DNA of 64,000 nucleotides, taken from Candidatus Heimdallarchaeota archaeon. Lineage in GTDB: Archaea; Asgardarchaeota; Heimdallarchaeia; Heimdallarchaeales; Heimdallarchaeaceae. The notes below the pieces were generated by a model. The model searched no databases, was not told where the DNA came from, and saw only the letters and a program-made list of their open reading frames with translations. Position 1 is the stretch's first letter; every line of letters starts with the position of its first letter. The position numbers were made by a program, and so were the translations under genes. Location: positions 96,001 to 160,000 of the forward strand of contig JAEOTE010000007.1 in assembly GCA_016839945.1 (NCBI GenBank), in the 5' to 3' direction. Positions 56,504 through 64,000 of the stretch are shown here, one piece after another.

Positions 56504-57043
56504 CTATTTATTCATTCTTTCATAGAATTTTTGTATCATTTTAGCGGTTTTGTGTGGGGACTTAACATCTTCTGTGGTTTCATTAAAGCAGTAGAGTTTA
56601 ATGATTATTCTATCACCGTATGAAGTAGTTATTTCACATCTAATTGAACCTAATTCTTTAGCATAAAGTCCTTTAATTTTAAACTTAGAGATCTGTTCCC
56701 ATGCAATACTTTTTTCTGTATTATCTTTAGCTACAATTTTCAAACCTTTATTAGTAAATATGTATGTATTTTTATCTCTTGAAATTCTTTTACGATCATA
56801 ACCAAAGATAGTAAGACCTACTAAGAGAAAGAAACCTTCTACCATCATTAAAATAATGGAGCCTATACCAAAATAGAATACAATAGTAAGAATAATAGTT
56901 GTTGTGGAAGGAAAACAAAGAATTATTGGCCATTTTGTTACTTTGCCTAATGTTTGTGGTTCTAATTTGATAACATCCAGTTTATCTTCTGTAACTTTAG
57001 AGAATGTTGAAAAATTATCATTAGTAGCTTCGTTACCAGTCAT
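56504..57043 (-). CDS. Two-TM protein with C-terminal PH-like beta domain
   Basis: TM hairpin, then YIFTNKGL...SIAWEQISKF pattern. Confidence 0.6.
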   Translation of the reverse strand: MTGNEATNDNFSTFSKVTEDKLDVIKLEPQTLGKVTKWPIILCFPSTTTIILTIVFYFGIGSIILMMVEGFFLLVGLTIFGYDRKRISRDKNTYIFTNKGLKIVAKDNTEKSIAWEQISKFKIKGLYAKELGSIRCEITTSYGDRIIIKLYCFNETTEDVKSPHKTAKMIQKFYERMNK

Positions 57044-57112
57044 TATTTATTGCAGATATTATTCAACATTTAAATCTAATGCAAAAGATGAGAGTTGGAA
57101 ATTAAGAATTAT

Positions 57113-57556
57113 CTAAGAACATTCTGGTTGAAATTTTTTATTAATAACATCATACAATGCAGGGACAATTTTAACAAGCATATCCTTAGTTAAATTACCT
57201 TTGGATTCGAATTTTTTCAATATTTTTTGTATCATCTTATAGTAGGGAATAGGGTTTGTATCTTTTGGAATCAATAATCCCAGAGATGCATAGGTTTTAT
57301 CTCTGAAAGTATTTTTTTCAAAATTGGGAATTAAACGTGTTACACAAACTGCCTGGAGATTGCCAATATGAGTGACTAACATATCTCCATCTTCACAAGC
57401 CATAGGCATGCTCTTTAAACAGATATCTCGATTGACTGTTTCACCTATTTTTACTTCAGGGTAAAAGTGCAATAGTTCGTTACCTATGTCTGTCATTCCA
57501 GTTAGAAAAACAGCTCTAGTCTGAAAATCCTTTGAATCGCTTGACTTTGGCTTCAA
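57113..57556 (-). CDS. Small uDENN/longin-like domain protein
   Basis: AVFLTGMTDIGNELLHFYP, ICLKSMP, R....ASLGLL; beta-beta-alpha-beta-beta-beta-alpha-alpha-like layout. Confidence 0.45.
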   Translation of the reverse strand: MKPKSSDSKDFQTRAVFLTGMTDIGNELLHFYPEVKIGETVNRDICLKSMPMACEDGDMLVTHIGNLQAVCVTRLIPNFEKNTFRDKTYASLGLLIPKDTNPIPYYKMIQKILKKFESKGNLTKDMLVKIVPALYDVINKKFQPECS

Positions 57557-57692
57557 TTTCGAACCCCCAAGTTCTATAACATTTTTGTTGATGAGCTTTA
57601 ATAAAGGTTACTCACATAGCTTTTCTAAAAAAACTGAATTACTATTATAAAAAATGATGAGATAAAGAAAAAAAAGAGTTCAGGAATTACTC

Positions 57693-58265
57693 TTATTCTT
57701 CACTAATTTCTCTCCTGTCTGCTTCTTTTTTAATAACGATAACTTCTGCTAGAAAAGCTAAGAAAAAGATTAACGTAACAATAGCTGGAACAAAACAAAG
57801 CAAACCTATATAGAACAGATTTAAAACAAGCCAGAGCCAAAAACCTCCAAACATCAAACTTACTGTTACAACAAAAAGGAGAGCTGTTAAGATAATTATT
57901 CTTCTATTGGATACATCAATTTGTGTATCAGTAAGACCTTTAATCTGTTCTTCAATTTTCCTTTCACCTGTTTTTTCCCTAATTAAAAGTACTACTTTTC
58001 TGAAATAAGGAACTATGAAATAAAGTAACACAAACAGTGCAGAAAGTGTTAGTATTGTAAAAGGAATACCTAATGCTAGAAAGACGCTATCACTGTTCTT
58101 CACAGTGTAATAATAACCCATGATTGAAGTAATAACAAAAATCAGAAAATGAATTATCCATACAAATACAAGGAGTGTAAGTCGATTTCTTCTTTCAATT
58201 AGAATGAATGGAGAATAATCTTCCAACCACCAGAATCTCTTTGTCATTTTTGAAATATTAATCAC
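57693..58265 (-). CDS. Four-TM membrane protein (duplicated TM hairpin)
   Basis: Two hairpins each preceded by RR; VPYFR motif. Confidence 0.65.
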   Translation of the reverse strand: MINISKMTKRFWWLEDYSPFILIERRNRLTLLVFVWIIHFLIFVITSIMGYYYTVKNSDSVFLALGIPFTILTLSALFVLLYFIVPYFRKVVLLIREKTGERKIEEQIKGLTDTQIDVSNRRIIILTALLFVVTVSLMFGGFWLWLVLNLFYIGLLCFVPAIVTLIFFLAFLAEVIVIKKEADRREISEE

Positions 58266-58342
58266 CTTTTCCTAAACATAACCTTATCGTTTTTTAACAT
58301 TTATATTTTTTGGGGAGAGGATTTACGTATTGTTTTGTTTGT

Positions 58343-58921
58343 TTAATTTGGAGATTTCCTCTTCTTACTTTCTCTTTGTGCTGCAAGAAAATATGGAAGA
58401 CCATAATATCCGATAACGAAAGGTAAGAAGGAACTTAGAGCAGAACTAATTACTGCAATATTTAATGACAGAACACTCATAGTGATAGTATTGTTCCACC
58501 AAGCCCATATTGCTGCAGCCAATAATAAATCGTAGAAGATACTCGCTAATAGCAGTAGTAGTCTGCTTCTTTTTAGTTCGGACAATAGAAGATCATCAGT
58601 GAACTCTTTTAATCTATCATATCTAGTAAATATCGTGTCTGAATCTGTTCTTCTTCTATATCTTTCCTTAGAAAGAAGTCTAAAGTAAGGTAAAAAGAGA
58701 AACATAAAGAGAAATGAAAAAATTTCGAAGGCTAGAGCACAAACTCCTGGGAGAATAATATAGCCATCACCTACAAAATAGGCCATAAAAGCGAAGATAG
58801 TGACAAAGAATAAAGCTATAAGACCTATACCTATCATAGAATAGGAAACACTAAGGACAGAGAATCGAGTTTTTAACTCTTCATCAGTTAAATTTCTTAT
58901 CTTTTCATATCTAACTGCCAT
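58343..58921 (-). CDS. Four-TM membrane protein (duplicated TM hairpin), probable paralog of the neighbour
   Basis: LTDEELKTR / FTDDLLLSELKR and LPYF twice. Confidence 0.7.
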   Translation of the reverse strand: MAVRYEKIRNLTDEELKTRFSVLSVSYSMIGIGLIALFFVTIFAFMAYFVGDGYIILPGVCALAFEIFSFLFMFLFLPYFRLLSKERYRRRTDSDTIFTRYDRLKEFTDDLLLSELKRSRLLLLLASIFYDLLLAAAIWAWWNNTITMSVLSLNIAVISSALSSFLPFVIGYYGLPYFLAAQRESKKRKSPN

Positions 58922-59052
58922 TAAAGTACACCTTGCACTTAAATAAATATTAGAGTGTTCAGATATTTATTATTTCTGTATTATTTCGCAATAAAATATG
59001 AACCCTTTTAGAAATGAATTCTTGGAAAATTATAATAAAAAAAATTAATCAT

Positions 59053-62000
59053 TCATTTTGCTTCTTCGATTGCAGCTAGAATGATTTGAGCTGTTCTTTG
59101 ACGGATAGCATATATTTGTTCCTTAATTTCAGCCAAAGATTTTTGTGATTTTAGTTTAGAAATAAGCTCATCAATTTCATTATAAATAAACTCGCTGTAA
59201 CTTAAAAGATAATTACCAAAATCAGCTTGAGTAAGCATAATAATTGATAAATTTTCATACCCTCCTCTTGCAGTTTCTTTCTCAATTTGAATAGCATGAA
59301 CAAAACCAATAAGGCCTTCATTAGGAAGATTCATAGCACTAATTTTCCTTCCTTGATGAACATCCTCAAAACCTAAGGCAGAATAAGATTGATCACATAT
59401 TTTAAGTAAGAAATTCTCTGTTCCTACATTGAACATCCCTCCATAATCGTACTCAAAAGAATGATCACTAATCAAAGGAATTGGACCTTTTTTCTGTTCA
59501 AAGATACTTAAAACTACTCCAGGACAAATTTCATTTAATCTCCTTATAAGGTCCTGTGATTCCACTTTTTCAAGATATTTTTCAAATGGTTTTCTCTTTG
59601 TAGCTTTATAGACTATAAACGATACTAAAGCAAGAAGAAGAATACTTGCACCAATCATAGAATAGAGTAAAACAGGGGATAATCCAGCTTTTATTGTTTT
59701 AACAATTTCTTCATATTCAAAATGTACATCCCCCAATATTTCTGAACCTTCGAAAGTTGCAGAAATTGCTATCTGTTCGATTTCTTCAGATAAAAGAAAG
59801 TCAACTGATGCTATTCCATCTGAACTTGTTATATCAGATTTAGTAACAAATTCATCGTATCCTTCTATAAGTGCATTCACAGTTCCTCTATCAGATTTAT
59901 AGAAGATAAAAATGATAAAGGAAACTTCAAAACCAGCAACAGGGGTACCATTGAGAAATGTTAGATTTCCAGTAATAACAACTGAGCTACCAACAACTAT
60001 TTCTAAATTGGAAACAGAGATAGATAATTCTAAAGGAATTGGATTAATAGTTATTTCATAGCTTTGACTCTTATTTGTACGACCAAAATAGAAGGCAGAT
60101 TCAGCTTCAATAAGTAGAGTGAAATTCCCTTTGTAATCAACAAGAGTTGAAGGAAAACAAAACTGATAAATGAAATCACTTAGCTTTTGGAAATACATCA
60201 ATGTTCCATTTGCGATTATTTTTGTTACTTCAAGTTCATTCATTAATTCATCTAACAAATTTATAGTAATAGTGATATTTTCTCCATAAATACATGAATT
60301 TTCACTAGCTTCTAGTACAGTTAGACTTCCTTCTTTCTTAATTGTAAATGAAAGAACAAGCTCAATCTCATTTGGTGAAGTTCCTTCGCCTGTATTGTCT
60401 CTTAGAATGATTGTTAGATTGTATAATCCAACTAAAGCTGGAACTTGAATTAGCCAAGGATCGTTCAAAATCTGTCCTGTATCATTATTCCAATAATAAA
60501 TAAATAATGATAAATCAAGGGTAGTTGTATTATCATACCAGAGTTCTGATCCAGCTTCAAGATAGTTAAAAGTTGAAGCATCAACATATTCTCCTAAATC
60601 ATCATCGAAAACGTAAAGAGTTGATTCAGGAGGAGTAAAATCAACCTCAAAATTAAAGAGATAGGTATTATTGTTTCCAACTACATCTTCAGCAAAGATT
60701 GCTAAGATTGCAATCTCACCTGTTGAATAAAGTGGCATAAGGTTTACTTCAAAATCACCACTACTATCAATAATAACCTCAAGTGGGAATCCAGGGAGAG
60801 CATCCCAATAAAATTGAATAAATTCTATAGTTTGTTTTGAAACATCAGCAGCATTGAAAAGAAGGCTTGTATCATCGTTAATTGAAGAGTATTCAAATGG
60901 GAAGGTGAGTGTGATTTCTGGTGCTTGGCTATCGATTGTTAGCTCATAAATTATAATTTCTTCATTACCTAATGAATCACTTGCGTTTATGATAAGTACA
61001 CCATACCCATCACTATAATCTAAAATTATTGTATCAGTAAATATCAAATACCCAGATCCAGCCCAAGAGTATGTTGACATAACACTAGAATCATCATCTG
61101 TTATAGAAAATTGAATAGTAGAATTGTACGAAACAAATATAGAACCACTAGGTAGAGTTACTAATCCTTCGAAGCTGATAATTGTTATAACTGGAGCATT
61201 TGAATCAACTAAGAAATAGATAAACTGGATTGCACTATTTCCTGCTATATCAAATACATAAAGTGTGAAATTGTGATATCCATCTAACAAAGAAGATAGA
61301 ACAATTTCAAATGGGGAAACAAGAGTAATATTATCCTGTCCATCAATAGAAACTAAAACATATAAGTTCTCAACTAAAGTAGCATTATCAGAGAGAATAA
61401 GATTAAGCACATCTGAATTCTTAAAACGCCCACCATCATAATCCAGAATTGAAGAGTCTATTACAGGATTTTCTTGATCTATTCTAAACTCAAAGACAAA
61501 AATATATTCTTGATGATCTATAGAACCAACAATAATAGTAAGGTAGTGAATTCTGCTAGAATCAGTTGGAAGAGCATTTATACCATCCAATGTAAGAATT
61601 TGTCCTCCAACAAGATATGGATTGCCATTTTGAAAAGAGTCTTCATTCCATTTGAAAAGTAGAGTACCATTTGTGCCACTTATTGTCACTTCAACTTCAT
61701 TCCCCCCTTGATACCATGATTCATTCAGCATATCTCTCAACTCTACAAGAAGAGTACCGCTACTAACATTGAATCTATAAAATTGGGAAGAGAAGTTATT
61801 AAACACATCTTCAGCTGTAACTGTAAGATTATGATATCCTTCAGTTTCAGGTAAGTATGTTCGGTAGATGGTTTCTTCGCTAGGAGACCAAGGTAAGAAG
61901 ATATTATCATCCCATTTATAATAAACATCTAAACTTTGAGAAAAATCTGTGATATTTACTTCTATCAGCTTTCCAGCTGCTTGAACAGTATCATTTAGAA

Positions 62001-63411
62001 CATTATCAAGAGAGATAATTGGAGAATTAGAATCAATACCAAAATAATAGAAATAATATTCTGTAATAAAGGTGTCATTCATGCAAATAGAGAGCTCATG
62101 ATAACCTTCATCAAAGGGAACAGACAAATTATTACCAGGTAGTGCAAGTAAGTCAATTATTGTTCCATTGTTATCCCATTCTGCCGTAAGATTATTTGCT
62201 CCAAATACTGTGAAATCAAGAAATGAGGTTGATTCTATAATTGTATCATTAGAAGGATTATTTAGTATAAGATAGCTTTCTGTTGGATCATAACCTATGT
62301 CATATACTTCAATTGCAGTATTATTATAATCATCATTCGCTCTTACTTCGAGATAATGCCAACCTTCTGTTGTAGGTAAGGTTGTATTACATGTATCAGT
62401 AAATGGTGTGTAACTATCTAAATCCCATCTATAAGAGCTACTTGTTGCTCCAGAGACAGTTATTTGGATATCTCTTTCTTCATAATAATAAGAGGAATTT
62501 GTTATGCCTATAACTTCAATCTCAGGGTAAGTAGCACTCTTATGATAAATCTGCATTCCTAAAATTCTATCATATGCGCTAAAACTATAACTATTAGAAT
62601 ACACACCATCGATAATATCCCAAGAATATTGTCCGCCTGATTTGTGGCTAGAAGTTAATCCTACTTCTGCCCAAGCACTTAAATCTGAAACTTTCCCTTC
62701 AAACGTAAGTTTTAATCTATTTCCAGAAGGTATTATGTATGTATCATTGAGTGTTAGTTCAAAGACTTTCTTATTTGCCATTGACATCCCATGAGGAAGA
62801 ATTTCTTCATGCGATGCGATTTCTGTAATATTACCAATAGTTGGGTTGAATATAGATACCCTCACTCTAATAGTAAAATCAACAGTATCATAATAATAAG
62901 TAGATATATGAGAAAGGACATGTATCTTTCCTTTTATATTTGTAGATTCAGAGAAAACAGGTGAAAACATACTAGAGTTAATGTAAGGGGAAGTTTCTTC
63001 AGTAAGAGGATAATAGGTGTCAACTTGATCTGGCCAAGTTTGAGGTTCTGTTTCATCCATAAGGAAAGTAGTAGTGAGTGTTGAAGGAGCATTATTTCTC
63101 ATAGTTTCATATTTTTCGAGAACATAGACAGATCCATCGTTGTCTAAATCCACAAATTCGTTATGAGTAAAAAAACCATTGAGAATATAATCTCCTTCAA
63201 TAAATGTACTTGATAGTACACCTGGAGGTTTACCTTTATATCCAGTTTTAATTGAATCCACATTACTGATAGGATTTGATGATACAATCTGGTCATCTTG
63301 AACTATTGATATTTCATCTAGTTCAGGAAAAGATAGTTCATAGTAAACTAATGAGTTAAAAAAAGAAAAAATGATAATAAAAGCAATAATTGTGTTTAAA
63401 TTCCTCTGCAT
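59053..63411 (-). CDS. Large surface receptor-like protein: signal peptide, Ig-like repeats, single TM, cytoplasmic uDENN/longin-like domain
   Basis: Repeats of Y.WD...LP..EG.H.L.V.A.D..NN and D...P.I; TM LLYSMIGASILLLALVSFIVY; cytoplasmic VVLSIFEQKKGPIP...ARGGYENLSIIML. Start probably ATG 63411. Confidence 0.75.
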   Translation of the reverse strand: MQRNLNTIIAFIIIFSFFNSLVYYELSFPELDEISIVQDDQIVSSNPISNVDSIKTGYKGKPPGVLSSTFIEGDYILNGFFTHNEFVDLDNDGSVYVLEKYETMRNNAPSTLTTTFLMDETEPQTWPDQVDTYYPLTEETSPYINSSMFSPVFSESTNIKGKIHVLSHISTYYYDTVDFTIRVRVSIFNPTIGNITEIASHEEILPHGMSMANKKVFELTLNDTYIIPSGNRLKLTFEGKVSDLSAWAEVGLTSSHKSGGQYSWDIIDGVYSNSYSFSAYDRILGMQIYHKSATYPEIEVIGITNSSYYYEERDIQITVSGATSSSYRWDLDSYTPFTDTCNTTLPTTEGWHYLEVRANDDYNNTAIEVYDIGYDPTESYLILNNPSNDTIIESTSFLDFTVFGANNLTAEWDNNGTIIDLLALPGNNLSVPFDEGYHELSICMNDTFITEYYFYYFGIDSNSPIISLDNVLNDTVQAAGKLIEVNITDFSQSLDVYYKWDDNIFLPWSPSEETIYRTYLPETEGYHNLTVTAEDVFNNFSSQFYRFNVSSGTLLVELRDMLNESWYQGGNEVEVTISGTNGTLLFKWNEDSFQNGNPYLVGGQILTLDGINALPTDSSRIHYLTIIVGSIDHQEYIFVFEFRIDQENPVIDSSILDYDGGRFKNSDVLNLILSDNATLVENLYVLVSIDGQDNITLVSPFEIVLSSLLDGYHNFTLYVFDIAGNSAIQFIYFLVDSNAPVITIISFEGLVTLPSGSIFVSYNSTIQFSITDDDSSVMSTYSWAGSGYLIFTDTIILDYSDGYGVLIINASDSLGNEEIIIYELTIDSQAPEITLTFPFEYSSINDDTSLLFNAADVSKQTIEFIQFYWDALPGFPLEVIIDSSGDFEVNLMPLYSTGEIAILAIFAEDVVGNNNTYLFNFEVDFTPPESTLYVFDDDLGEYVDASTFNYLEAGSELWYDNTTTLDLSLFIYYWNNDTGQILNDPWLIQVPALVGLYNLTIILRDNTGEGTSPNEIELVLSFTIKKEGSLTVLEASENSCIYGENITITINLLDELMNELEVTKIIANGTLMYFQKLSDFIYQFCFPSTLVDYKGNFTLLIEAESAFYFGRTNKSQSYEITINPIPLELSISVSNLEIVVGSSVVITGNLTFLNGTPVAGFEVSFIIFIFYKSDRGTVNALIEGYDEFVTKSDITSSDGIASVDFLLSEEIEQIAISATFEGSEILGDVHFEYEEIVKTIKAGLSPVLLYSMIGASILLLALVSFIVYKATKRKPFEKYLEKVESQDLIRRLNEICPGVVLSIFEQKKGPIPLISDHSFEYDYGGMFNVGTENFLLKICDQSYSALGFEDVHQGRKISAMNLPNEGLIGFVHAIQIEKETARGGYENLSIIMLTQADFGNYLLSYSEFIYNEIDELISKLKSQKSLAEIKEQIYAIRQRTAQIILAAIEEAK

Positions 63412-63546
63412 TCTTGAACGCCTAAATTGTGGCTTTATCCCCAGTTCCTTTGTCATAAAGAAAAGGTAATACAATTTTAACTATAGACTCATAGATAATT
63501 TAAGTAATATTATAATTGCAACTAGAAAAATAGAATACAATAAATA

Positions 63547-64000
63547 TCAAACTAGCTTTCTTCGATATGAACGAGACCATTGTTGTTTAAATTTCTCAAC
63601 ATCATCTACACTTACAAAAAGATCATAACTTATGAGAAAATCCTTATCATTACTCTCAAGTTTTGCTTTAGTTAGAGCTCGAGCCTTTGAATTCTCTTTA
63701 ATAACTTGCATATCTTTTTTAGATTTTAATTCTGCTTTTGCTGGATTTTTATTTGATACCATAAATACAGAATCTTCATTGAAAACAACTTCTACACCAT
63801 CTTCAGGTATTCCCCCCACTTCTCCTTTACTGAATTCGAGTGTTGTTAAGTCTTCTAATTGATTATAAATTAAGCGTGATTTAGTAGGCTTTGGTTTACT
63901 TGTATATCTGTCCATCGGCATTTCTATATCACCAAAGATAGGTGCAGCTTTAGGGTCACTTTCTGGTACAACGGGCAATATCAAACATGATTCGTGTTCT
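63547..64000 (-). CDS. Hypothetical protein, 5' part outside the window
   Basis: The frame stays open upstream of TTG 63984 to the window edge (EHESCLILPVVPE...). Confidence 0.6.
   Translation of the reverse strand, partial: EHESCLILPVVPESDPKAAPIFGDIEMPMDRYTSKPKPTKSRLIYNQLEDLTTLEFSKGEVGGIPEDGVEVVFNEDSVFMVSNKNPAKAELKSKKDMQVIKENSKARALTKAKLESNDKDFLISYDLFVSVDDVEKFKQQWSRSYRRKLV

Noticed and set aside
1-64000. CRISPR arrays, rRNA, tRNA genes
   Set aside because: No regularly spaced direct repeats or GC-rich stable-RNA signatures recognised by eye; intergenic gaps are short. A tRNAscan/Infernal run would be needed to exclude them fully.

Overview
AT-rich, gene-dense archaeal chromosomal segment, most likely from an Asgard archaeon (Heimdallarchaeia-like). 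The assignment is inferred from archaeal housekeeping genes (radA, alba, top6A/top6B, archaeal-type gltX, DGGGP synthase) together with many eukaryotic-signature-type proteins: two Rab-like GTPases, a gelsolin-domain protein, a membrane RING protein, DENN/longin-like domains and tubulin/FtsZ-superfamily genes. No rRNA, tRNA, CRISPR array or intact mobile element was recognised. The most striking feature is an unusual topoisomerase VI operon. Its 4170-aa B subunit has a normal ~540-aa GHKL/transducer core followed by ~3500 aa of roughly 50 degenerate RadA-NTD/alpha-CTD-like helix-hairpin-helix modules and a basic tail. Its A (Spo11-like) subunit carries an apparent N-terminal ubiquitin-like domain. 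Other notable observations are: (1) a CD36/LIMP-2-like two-TM protein with an inserted LVIVD propeller; (2) a pair of divergent tubulin/FtsZ-like paralogs, one lacking the GTP-binding loop; (3) a translationally coupled CPBP(Rce1-like) protease / Rab-like GTPase / HEAT-repeat operon; (4) a large surface receptor-like protein with a cytoplasmic uDENN/longin-like domain; (5) a candidate structured RNA. All family calls come from motif recognition by eye; no searches were run.
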